Assembly: GCA_045837725.1 (NCBI GenBank) | Contig: JBEWZL010000236.1 | Location: forward strand, 310,001-374,000 | DNA length: 64,000 nucleotides | From: Vermamoeba vermiformis | Taxonomy: Eukaryota | Direction: 5' to 3' | Shown here: positions 1 through 11,674 of the stretch, one piece after another | Layout: each line of letters starts with the position of its first letter | Position numbering within the stretch: the first letter of the stretch is position 1 | The notes under the pieces: generated by a model | Told to the model about the DNA's origin: nothing | Database searches by the model: none | What the model saw: only the letters and a program-made list of their open reading frames with translations | Position numbers and translations under genes: made by a program

Positions 1-3000
1 AGCAAAGCTGAGCGAACTGTTGGCCGCATCCAAGCAGCTCAATTGGGTCTCTCTGACGGACTTTTGGAAAGAGTGTTTACCTCCGAAGAATATTTTACCC
101 AATACCGTATCATCTGTTGCTTTTAAATGTAAGTCTTATTGGCAATCACTGTCACATCTGATCTGACATCCGTACGGAATTATAATTTAATTTTATTAGC
201 GTGGACGGAATATCAAGCCCTCAAAGAATTATTTCCAAATATTAAAGAGCTGAAAGTGGCGCGAGCAGGCGTATTGAAAAGCCTCGAACACCTTTGCCAT
301 CCGAACCTCAGAATTTTGCACACCGTGGTTCAATCTCAAGGCGAAGCAATTGACTTAATTACTCGTATTAGATCGGTGGCACCAAATATAGAGGTAATAA
401 TATATTATGAGCGAATGTCGTTATTCAAATGATACTTTATGATATCTTTTACCGGGATCTGTCAATCGTTTAATTTCTATATATACGATAATATTAATTT
501 TGTTCGTAATATTGAGAGTCATATTAACGGCGAATATATTTTAGACTTTTGTGCATTGTTAATTGTTTGTGTTTTTTTTTTTTTTTTTAATTACTAAGAT
601 TTGTTTCGCTCAGACCTTGCATTTACAACGCCAAGAGGGGGGAAGGTTCCAAAGAAAGCGCAAAGAAGGTACCCTTCCGACAATGCCTTTAGAGCAAGAC
701 GAACAGTTGGAAAAACTAGCCGCCGAGATGAACATCAAACTTTATTGCCGCAACTTGTACGAGTTGATTCCCTACCCGAATTTGTTCATCGAATCGTTCG
801 TGAAACAAGGGCTGCCTTACTCTTATTATATGAAGGTGCAGGATAAGAAGGTACGTCTGTTATAATCAAATGCAACGCAAAGCAATCTAGATCTAGATCT
901 CGATCCAAATATGGATCCATAATTCGTAGTTTGTCGTACTAATAGTTACGTATTGTTTTAATAGACCTTGTTGAAAGAGGCGTGTCACAATTTGGCTTTA
1001 CCAATTGTGAAATTTTTGCTTGAAAACGGTCACACGACGATAGACCGCGAATACAAAGTCAATCCACCAAATATCTTCAATCGGGTCCTTGAACCTGCCA
1101 GCGGAGCAAAGAAGAAATCTTCCTCAGTGAACTCATTGTTCTCGTATGGTTGGCAGTTGGACGACAAATCCGAAGCAATGATTGACTACTTGTTGGCGAA
1201 GGGCTTTGACGTTAATAGATCGGTACGTTAAATGCAAAAATAACGAAATTTCGCTCATACGATTGAGAATTGACCAAAATTTTTCTACAATAATTTAACG
1301 TGGTCATTAATAATTATCGCTATATTTGTTAGGTCAATGGCGAAACCATATTTGGAAATGTTGAACAGGACGTCCTAGTGTACGTTTTACAACGCACTCA
1401 AGTTGATTACAAACGTAAAATTGATAGCGAAGGCAATACAGGTAAAATCTTTCTTCAGGCAATCAAACGCCATTAACGGGTTTATTTCCAAATATAGTAA
1501 TCCACTGCTTGATGCGTGATAGTTTGCTTCTCGGTTTGGAAATTGCGAAGAAACAATTGTCCAAGTCGGAATTAATCGAGGTATTTTCCATCAAAAACGA
1601 CGACGGAGACACTCCGCTGCTTATGGCAGGATTCGAGCAAGAAATTATTGAGTTTTTGATCGATTTGGATCTTGGATCTGTGTGGGACATACCTAACGCT
1701 TCGTAAGCGACCATATATTTTAAATGAATAAACTAACGTCGGTCAATTAACTTTTTTCCAGAAATGAAACGCCCCTTGTAAAATTCGTTAGTGAATGGAG
1801 AGGACAAGTGAACGCATCATTAATGAACTTAAACAGTAAGTAGCTAATCATATTAAATCATTAATAGACTTTTTTCATGAAAATCAATAGTGACACTTTT
1901 CATAAATCAGTTTGAACCGGGAGCAAATTAATCTTTGCAACAATTTTTTTTAAATGTAAAAGCAATGATGATGTGATAATTACGTGCATAATGTTCACAA
2001 TCGAGCACAAGCGATTAACAAAAATACTTTTGCAGTGTTATTGCCTGTCGTGCCGTCAGTTCCGCCAGGCTTAGTTTCAGAGCTTTTTTCAAACGGAGGA
2101 AATGCCACACCCTATGTGTTAATTGAAACGTTGCAACTGCTCGCTGAACGCGGTGCAAATCTCAACGAAGTTATTGATGGCACGCCCGCGATTACACAAT
2201 TTCATAGTATCGTGCCAGTAATGCGCGTAAGAATTAATAATTTTACTTTTTTGTCCTTACCGTGCCTACAATATTAAAAATCGATGGAATTTCTTAGGCC
2301 GCAAAAATTATTACCAAAATTGTAAATTCACGTCTTGAAGTTGTCTTTGTGAATACAGGTGGCACAATAATTTTTCTCCAAATGACCAAAAATTAAGAAA
2401 ATTGATCATAAATCGGAATAATAAGTAATACTATAATTGTTATATTATAGGCACTAGCGGAGTTGGGTGTTGACTTCAATGTGGCGGATGTGAAGGGTGA
2501 AACACTGTTGTTCAAGTTGGCGCAACGCCAAGACGATACTTTCAGTCAAGTCGCAGAACTATTGGTCAAAGAATTTGGCTTGGATGTCAATCACGTGGAC
2601 AAATCAGGAAACACGCCGTTGATCTCCGCATTGTACAATTCACGAAGTGAACGGGACATTGCAAAATTACTCGAATTGGGGGCTAGACGTACGTATATAT
2701 TATAATAACGTCTCTTAATATTATCCCTTAAATGGTTGGCTAGTCAACGCGATCCGAAAAATTAATTTTTTTAAAATTGGAAAATTTGCCAAGGATTTAA
2801 CTTTGTGTTTAGCTAATGTTATTTTTTAGCCTAATTATTACTCTGGCAAAAGTTCACCGTTATATTTGGTATCGCACTATTCCGATGTTCCTATCGTTGA
2901 AGTGCTGTTGAAAGCCGGAGCAGATCCGAACATGAAGCTGTACAACGAGACTAAAACTGAAGTTGTTATGCCTATGGTGACCATATTGAACGACTCTGCT

Positions 3001-4498
3001 GAAGAATCAACTGATTTGCTCGAGTTGTTCGTGAACTATGGTAAGATTTTTTATTCTTTTTTCCTTTTTTGGAATTGGGGCTAAAATATTACTTTTTTAG
3101 GCGCGGATTTGACTATGAAGGATGATGCAGGCAATACTCTGTTGCACTTGTTGACAAACGATGCGCACATTGAATATTTGCTGAAATTTCTCGACGTTCA
3201 TGAAACAAATATCTACGGCCAAACACCACTGTGGAGTACGAAAAAAAAATTATTCGAAAATCCATTATAATATTCACTAATTTACCTAATTTGGTAATTA
3301 TCAGACTCTTCCTTGTCATTAAACGCACTGAAAATGATGGTCGAGGTAGACCCAAATATAGTAAATCACGTGGCCGCAGATGGCTCGACTGTGTTGCACT
3401 TTCGACTGCCCTTACCTACGGCAAAATATTTGCTTTCACTGAAAAACATAGGTGCGTACTGGATCTAAAGACATAACGAAAAAAATTCCGGATCTTGTTT
3501 ATTTTTTAAAACGTTGTCGAATTGCACGAATTTCATTTGCAGATTTAATTTGTTGGCTAATTAAAATCGTTTGCAGATATTTCCGTGGTGAATAAACGAG
3601 GACAATCGATCCTGCACAACACTCTCCCGCACAACGTCATGCAATCAGTGTTCGAACGGTTATTCAAGGTCTATTTACGTGCCTCCGATGAAATGAAAGC
3701 GAAAATTCGACGCGCGTTTAATAACGTGGACTTGATTAATGGCTGTACCGCACTGCACTTTATTTGCGCGACGGCACAGAATGCGACAGTAGTGCAACAA
3801 ATGGTGGAAGGGTTTGAATTAAACGTCAATCCTAATGTCCGGGAACTTAACTTAAGCTTGCAGTAAGTCAGAAAATCCATTTTTTGCTTGGATTTTGGAT
3901 CCAGATCCAAAATTTTTATTACTAAAACGGATGTTGTCAGCATAGTAATACGATCTAATTCTTACACTATAGGTGGACAAATGAAGTGATTTTATATTTG
4001 CTGTCAATAGGCAGCGATCCTAACCGTCAATCATCAATTACTGGCAACACGTTTTTGCACCTTGTTTGCGGGTTCCCTAACAACGCGAATCTGACGCGCG
4101 CATTATTGAAGGTAGTATTATTAGATTATAGATGGCGGCTTTAATACTAACGACGAATTATAATAGCATGGAGCTTCAATTGACATAAAAAATTTGAATG
4201 GAATTTCACCCGCTGACCTGGATCCAACTTTGAGAACCGGATATCGTGAGTATTTGAAATATTTATTATGGCGCCATAAATTAACTAATTTTATTGCAGA
4301 ATTTGCCTCGTGGACTGCAGATTTTGGTATTGGAAAACCAAGACGGTTCGAAATTTCTACAATTTTTAATTTTAGATTACGTTCTCTAATTTTGATTTTA
4401 ATTATAGAAAAATGGGCAAAAAGGCCCCGAGAGTTGTAGTGGCCCGATCAGAATCATCATCAGATGGATTTTCGGATGAAGACGTCTTCGAGTTTTAA
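1..4498 (+). CDS. Multi-exon ankyrin-repeat protein (5'-truncated by the window edge)
   Basis: Ankyrin motifs in successive exons: DDGDTPLLMA, DVKGETLLFKLA, DKSGNTPLISAL, GCTALHFIC, TGNTFLHLVC. Exons are separated by GT-AG introns. Stop TAA at 4496-4498. Exon boundaries are approximate. Confidence 0.8.
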
Positions 4499-4538
4499 TT
4501 ACGATAATTTTTAAAAAAGTTTATTTCATACGCACACT

Positions 4539-7256
4539 CTACAATAATAAAGCAATAATTAAACCAACAAACGATACTTGTGCAATATTTGCAGATGAAA
4601 TTCCGTTCACTGAAGGAGATCCGTTGCCATTATTAGGCCCACCGGTACTAGGACCACCATTGTTAGACGGTGTTTCTTCGGGAGGACCAATGAGCTTATC
4701 ACCATCGAATACAAAGTTGGTCGTGCCTATATTGAATGACCATTCTCCGTTGGAGCCTTGTTGGACATCCGGAACATTTCCGGTGCAATCCGGATCTATC
4801 AACACAACGAACGAAGCAGTCGTAGAATTCGAAGTAAACATGAACTGGCCGTGTGCTTGATTCGGCATTGCGATGAGTGCGTTGGCAGGGAACTGATCCG
4901 TTTGCCAGAAAGTGACATCCTTTGACGCGTGCAACATGTTCACGCAGGCTGAGACACCTTGTCTATTGCTTTGAATGACTGACGGCGAGACCTGTGTGAA
5001 GTTCTCGTAGGCGTGAATGTTCCATTCAAACTGGCGTGGCGACACAGCGTCAAATCTGTCGAAAATCAAGAACTGATTTGCTGCTCGCAAATAGACCAAT
5101 GAGCGAATGGCACGTGTCAAGCGCAGTTGAGAATCAGCAGCGAGACCTGCATTGTAGGCCAACAAAGCATCGCCGGTGACGTAATCATAATCCTCTGTTG
5201 TCGCGTACTGCGTGATATTTCCAGCAGCTTCCATGGTGTCGAAACCTTGGCCCATGCCACCATCCATGGTAATGGCACCAGACTGGGCACGCGTTGTCTT
5301 TCGCCAGTTTTTGTGATGCGGTGACATATAGTAGTCATAATAACCACTGGCAATGAACACTGGCTGCGCCTTGTGAACCATCGTGAAGCACAATTGATCG
5401 GCGTTGTTGTGGTTGAAACTGCCGTACTTGGACGCGCGGAAAAACAACGCAGTTCGGTTGTAATCCGACATCGAGCTGTGGAATGCAGCCCAGCCAGGGG
5501 TCTTCAGATGAATGGACTTGGGATAATCTTTTGTCAATGTCGGAACATTTTCAAAGTCCGCTGACCAAATGGTGTCGTCGTATCTGAAGTCCAAGCCGAT
5601 CTTGTACCGCGGCATCTGTGAACAGTAATTGTTGTACAGCTCGGCCTCGTACAGATCCGGATGGGCTTGCACGACACGACTGTGAAAAAAATGCAAATAT
5701 TAGCATTTGGATTCCGTTCTTGATGTCCAAATTTGGAATAAAAAATAAAAAAGATAACAGATCTTGGTACCTGAACAAATTGTTGCAGACTACGGGCAAA
5801 GCTCCGCTAAGCATTTCCTTCTCGCCGTCGTCGCCAAAACCAAGACCACCAAGTGTCGCAGCATAAGGACCAAAATAGACGAATTGGCTGGGAAACTGAA
5901 TGACATTCTGTTTGTTGACCAAATTCACGCCAGTAGCCCAGTATAAAAAATCGAATCTAGGGCCATCATAACCCTCCCAGTAAGCATAGCCGAATCCATT
6001 TGAAAATCCACCGTCTTCTCCGCTCCACGTGCTGTACAAGTTGAAGTTCATGGGGATTGCCACAGCCCATAAATCTGCTTGCGGAACATCTCCGAGCATG
6101 CCAGCTGCCACCATTGCCATGAAGCCGAGCGTGTTAGCGCCGTGAGAATCGTGCGGGTAATACATCAGACCCGTCAACTGACCGTACGCGTTGTAGATCT
6201 GGGTGCCGCGATTGACGATCACGGAGAGCAACGTGGCCTTGTCTGACGCACTGAACGAGGTGCCGATGAGGTCGTAAGCTTCAGTCAAGGCCAAGAAAAT
6301 CGCTCTGTTGGCTTGATCTTGACCCACTTGACTCGTCGTACCATTAGGATTGGCACTCGCCAACAGATTCACACGGCGCTGTAGCTCGGTGAGAACAGTC
6401 GTGTTCGTTGGATCGTACCAAGCTGCGTACATTAACCCGCTAATGGACGCTACGAGTGGCTTGACAAAGTTTCTGTAGTCATTCATAACAGCCGTGTCAC
6501 GTGCGGTGCCAGCTGGGTAATCAGTTAACAACAGTGTAGGGGCTGCAGGCAACGAAGCGCCAAAGAAACTCTCGATCCAAGGCTTGATGATGTTTTGCAT
6601 GCGGGTCTTGAAGCTCGTGCCGATCGATGAAGCAAGCCACGTGTCACGCTGTTGGCCTTTCATGAACAGGCGTGGATGCGCTGTTTTCTTCGTGTCTTCA
6701 ATGACGGTGTCTGGCACGACGAACGGAAGAGCAGTAGGTGTCAAGTAAAACGAGCGGACTGCGCTGGGAGTTGACACGCTGGTTGACAGGGTGACACGTG
6801 TCACTTGCCACAGATACGAGGTGGCTACGGGCAGCGTGAAAGGAATGTTCAAGTACGAATTCTTTGGTGTTGAAAGTCCATTGCGGAGCCACGCCCTCAA
6901 CGGAGCTAACATTGGCCCAAAGAGAAAAGGTGAAGTTAGTGTCGGGACCAACGAATATATAGCCAGACCACCAGAACGAAGGAGGATTCTGTTCGACAAC
7001 GCTCTCGTGACTAGGTACTATACGTCTATTGACAGCAGGTACGGATGAAATCCAATCGACCGGATCTGGTGCCGAAATTGCTGGCAAAAAAAGAAATTAA
7101 ACTTAGTAACAAACTTCTGCGGTATGTAACGAGCACACTATAATTACTAATATGCACGTTGCATTCTGATTATTATTGCAGATGCTTACCTGCTTGGGCA
7201 ACCAAAATGAGGCCGGCTAGAATTGCGATCTTGGAAACGATGCCAGTAGAAATCAT
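4539..7256 (-). CDS. Heparinase II/III-like (DUF4962-type) polysaccharide lyase with signal peptide and GPI-anchor signal; apparent frameshift near 6862
   Basis: ATG at 7256 (MISTGIVSKIAILAGLILVAQA). Introns at 7189-7081 and 5770-5680. Motifs QNPPSFWW, AHPRLF, DGGFSNGFGYA, GFGDDG, HNNADQLCF, SGYYDYY.SPHHKNW, FEWNIHA. C-terminal P/S/G/N linker followed by hydrophobic tail VSFVGLIIALLL*. Confidence 0.8.
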
Positions 7257-7784
7257 TTCGAGGAGATTAGAATTGACTTCTATATCTAGCCTCGTGTTAC
7301 TCTTTACAACGTTAATCGATTGATTGATTGAATTTAACTGCCCGCAGTATCTTTCAAAATGTGTCGAAAACTACTGTTCTGGCTCGAAAATGAGACTCTT
7401 GCCATGTCCCCCACAGATTTTTGTGAATTTTCTATTCAGTATCGCGAGGTAGTTATTTCATTCTGAAGGCTTGCAAATAGCATTGAGTGACCGTTGACAA
7501 AAAGATCTAATATGGCATCCAGCTAAAACAAAATTGTAAATTAATTCTACTGATTGTGTAAGTACGTGCGTCGATATCAATCCTTTAATGTGATTTATTA
7601 TTGGCCATTAATAAAAAAAGATTTTGAGACTTGATCGTTGCTTCCCAGCTCGATCAAAATATTGCGCGACACAATTACCATAATTGGCGTCAAGTAATAT
7701 TACATACACATTGCTTGCAAATAATACTCGCAAAGAAACTGTTGTGCTCCTCAGATGCGCGTTAATAAATAAATGTTTTTTCTT

Positions 7785-9523
7785 TTACTGGATTGTATCG
7801 TAGAACTGCGGCTGCTTTCGTTTCAATTTGTACAATAAGACAATGGCAACAATAACAAGTACGCCTAGGACAATACTTAATACAACAACCACGGGCATCA
7901 GATCCGTTGGTTCCTTATCTGCTTCTGGAACTTGAATAGGAGATTCTACAGGAGATTCTACGGGAGATTGCACGGGAGATTCAATTGGAGCATTAATTGG
8001 AGTATCGTCGACTGGTGGTTGCACGGGTACGTTGATTGGAGCTTCGACGGAAGGAATGTGGATCTGGGCTAAGATCTTGCCTCGTGAACGAGTGTCAACA
8101 CTCGCATGAAGCTCGCGGCCACGTGCCCAAATAGTAGTCACCGCCTGTAAGATTGGCCAATAGATAAGTAGTCAAATTGGTTGATATGTCCACGTGTACA
8201 ATGGGTGAAATAGCCGTGCACAGATCAGATCCGCTAACAGCAAAGTCGTAGCCTTTAGCGAAGAATTGATTCGAAATTGTGATCTCTTGACCTTCTTCCA
8301 TATTAATGTAGTAAGGAGTCATATCTTGATGCTCATCGATCAATAATACTGCTTCCTGACATTAATATGGAAGAAGGTCAAGAGATCACGTTGCAAATCT
8401 GGTTTGAGGTATTCGCAAGGCGATGCTCTTCGAATAACTTGGACACGTTCATTGATTGTCTTAATGTTAGCGGATTCAATGAGGCAATTGACAGGTAGTT
8501 CATCGAGAGTTGCTGATATTCGGCGAAGACGGATCTGTCAATAAATAATTTTGCATGTACGTCAGCCATAGACGGTCCAGTATATTTATTAGCGAAGCCT
8601 TCATCTGAGCAATTGAATAGCCTAATAATTTGAACTAAGTAATGGCGTAAAACCGTTCGGTGCTCTAGTTAATACGTGATTGTGACCGCCAATTAGTAGG
8701 GAAAAAAAAATTATCCAAAAAATAAAGTTGTATTTTATTATAAATTCTCGTGCACAAACACTATATTGATAGTAAATTTTAATATAAAAAGATGTGAACT
8801 GCAGCCAAGACCCGAAAAAAAGTATATTTATATATATAGTCAAAATATAATGAATAATTTTTTGTATCCGCCAATACCTCCAACAACACGCATTCAAAAA
8901 AATGCCCGGAATGTGACCATATCAACATAGCACCGACAAGCCGAACCCGCACCATCCACCCCCGCGACAGCGATAGAGAAAGATGACGGCGAAGAGCGCC
9001 CGAGAGGGAAGAGAGGGCCAGTGTGAGGGTGGGAGGAGGTGAAGTGGAGCAGGAGTATTGCCGTTTCTCGTTTTTGACGAGTCGATAAGAATGGAAAAAA
9101 TAAGAGGAAACGAATAAGCGGGAATGAAAAAGGGAAGATAAGTTAGAATTAATAAAATATTTGAAATTTCCCGTACCATTTTAGCGGTCACACGTGATCG
9201 AGCCAAGAATTTTTAATTCTAAATAATTAATTTTCACGTGCTACTTACTTTCCATAATATTCTACGTGCGATTCAATCAACGATTTCAACATGGTATTAT
9301 TAGCAAAATAGTTTGTGACATTGTTACCGTTGCGATCGAGTGCTCTGCCATCAAAATAAGGTGCAATGGATTCCGTTGCTGAGAACATAGTGAAACTAAG
9401 TTCTACAAAGCGTTTCATTATCTCTTTTTGAGATCCAGCCTGTAACAATTCGTCACAGATCGAATCTGCACTCCCGTTTGACACGACTGCCAATAAAATA
9501 CAAATTATAACCACCCTTTGCAT
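7785..9523 (-). CDS. Secreted type-I membrane protein with truncated-globin-like domain, Pro-rich stalk and C-terminal TM helix (possibly decaying)
   Basis: ATG at 9523 with signal peptide. Intron 9248-8622 joins YYGK|LFNCSDEGFANKYTGPSMADVHAKLFIDRSVF in frame. PVESP stalk and TM VVVVLSIVLGVLVIVAIVLLY. Needs removal of 8389-8356 and a frameshift near 8100-8140. Confidence 0.55.
8279..8389. repeat. Perfect 31-bp inverted repeat with 49-bp spacer
   Basis: 8279-8309 (gtgatctcttgaccttcttccatattaatgt) is the exact reverse complement of 8359-8389. Confidence 0.95.
8681..9192. mobile_element. 512-bp solo-LTR-like insertion (TG...CA) with 6-bp target-site duplication, inside an intron
   Basis: Ends TGTGACCGC...GCGGTCACA form a 9-bp perfect inverted repeat. 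CGTGAT flanks both sides (8675-8680, 9193-9198). Removing it shrinks the 627-nt intron to 109 nt, a typical size here. Confidence 0.75.
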
Positions 9524-9668
9524 TGTTGCAATTTGTAATATAAACAGACAGAATAACGATGTTTGGGTCCCCTTGTGAGTCATTAAGATTTTTGACACTC
9601 AAACTGATGACCACAACCAGCAATCGCCATATTTAATTATTGTATATTTTAGTTTCATAAGAGTTGTC

Positions 9669-10857
9669 ATGGCAGATAATATTCAAGACTTTATCATACC
9701 TCTTAGTCGTGAGGAAAGACAAAATAAAATTATTAGCGAAGATACTATGCAAAGGATAATTCGATTAATAGATACGCACGGATTAATAATTATAGAGGAT
9801 GCTTTAGACGAAGAATTTTGCGAGAAAATGTCAGAGCGCATCCGTCAGGATTCAGATTTGTTGCTAAATAAAGGCAAACAACTTCAAGTCAATTTTGAAG
9901 AAGGCAATATACAACAAGAATTACCTCCAGATGGTACAACAGTAAAAGAGCTTATTTTGAATCCTTACACGATGCAAGTAGCCACCCGAATTCTTGGACG
10001 CGGTAAGATCTTCCTATTTTATTCAATCTCGGTTCTAATTGTACTATCGATAGGGCATTCATGCACATTATACAGTGGAAATTTAAATTTGCCCAACAGC
10101 AAAATTCAACCAGTCCATTCAGACACCGCTCCGTTGTGGCCAGTACGCGACATAATTTATACCTATCATTGCATATTTTATTGATAAATTAGATTTAGGT
10201 ACAAACTAACCCGCACCCAGCAGCACGTCTTATAGTTAATTATACATTTATTGACGTTACAGGTAAGAATAATAAGCCCAAAGATAACCTCTCACAACGC
10301 TAATTTTTCTCAGAATCTAATGGCAGCATGGAAGTGTTTCCAACGACTCATCGTAGAATAAGTATATAGTAGTAATATTTTATTATAAATAATAAGCTAA
10401 TTGTTGCAGATTTTAAGTACGATGAAGAAGTTCGAATTGATCCCCAAGATCTGCGCGATTTGCCACCAAGCGTTCGTGCGAATATGAAAAAGGGCTCAGT
10501 ATTGATCCGAGATGATAGATTGTGGCATAGGTAAGCGGATAGCTATCGAGCAGTAGACCATTTTCGACGGATTTAAAAAAGACTTACTTTTCGACATAAC
10601 TTGCAGAGGCATGACGAATCCTTCATCAAATCCCCGATTTATGGCAGCATTAATTTATGCTATTAGCTGGCGAAAAGATGAAGTACTCCAAGTACGTAAA
10701 TAATTTAAACTTTTGGATCGAGTCTAACAATTGCACCGATTAGCTTCAATCTGATGCTAAAGAAGTGCTCGTACAAAGCAACAGTGATTTAGATTGGAGC
10801 AATATTGAGTTCAAAGACCACGTTAATTACTTGAACATGGTCGGATTTGACGAGTAA
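9669..10857 (+). CDS. Phytanoyl-CoA dioxygenase (PhyH)-family Fe(II)/2-oxoglutarate dioxygenase
   Basis: THGLIIIEDAL, QPVHSD (HxD), NGSMEVFP.TH, KGSVLIRDDRLWHRG, PRFM across spliced exons. Stop at 10855-10857. Confidence 0.85.
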
Positions 10858-11674
10858 AAGGTGGATCTGGCTACTGCGTCGTGGTCTGTTGAAGTAAAGC
10901 AATTGTAGAATATAGTTATGTATAGTTGGTGCTATAAATAGGTACGTTTCAAGTTTTAACGATAGTTGGATTGAAATTGAATTTTCAAGACCTGATCCCG
11001 ATAATGTGATTTAGCAAATCTAATTGTCCGATAGACATCGTAAACAATTCTATGGGATTGCGGCAGTAGCTTTAAAAATTCGCTTATAATAATAACATAA
11101 ATATTGATTTAGAATAATTTATTGTGGGCGTTGATTTCCCTCGTACCCGAATTATTTACAAAGAAATTAATATTCAACAATATGCACCACAATATATATT
11201 AATTATATCTTGGCATATGGCGCTTCAAATACCTGAAATGAGCTGGTAACGGGATGTGGTTGTCGATGCACAACTGAAGGACTTCTTGACCCCTAATTGG
11301 ACGTGTTTCTTTTGTGCCATCAGTATAATAGAGTGTACCAGCATCGTGTACGCAAGGATAAGACCTTTTGCAAATATTATCCACCGAGATCCAGATGAGC
11401 TTTTTAGTCGCCGGCCTTATGCGCGGGAAAAAACTATAAAACAGCGCTAATAGCAACAAAACATATTGCCTTGCATATATAAACATTTTCTATATAGAGT
11501 TGTGGTGCTACAAAGCGAGAACTAAAAATAAATAATCGCAGCTGGTCTTTTTTATTTTTTATTTTTTACTCCCCGAATAATCACGGTGGATCTATTCAAA
11601 TTTAATCTTAGCATTAATAGGAATTTTACTAATAATATTTACACACGAGATAGACGAGATACAAGTATTCAGTT

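Noticed and set aside
6905-6970. Cryptic intron (CACTAAC branch-like motif plus TTAG) that might repair the lyase frameshift
   Set aside because: The only frame-restoring donor is GTCCCG, unlike the GTAAG/GTACG-type donors used elsewhere.
11199-11486. 95-aa minus-strand ORF
   Set aside because: No recognisable motif or convincing splice structure. It may be a gene remnant but cannot be supported.
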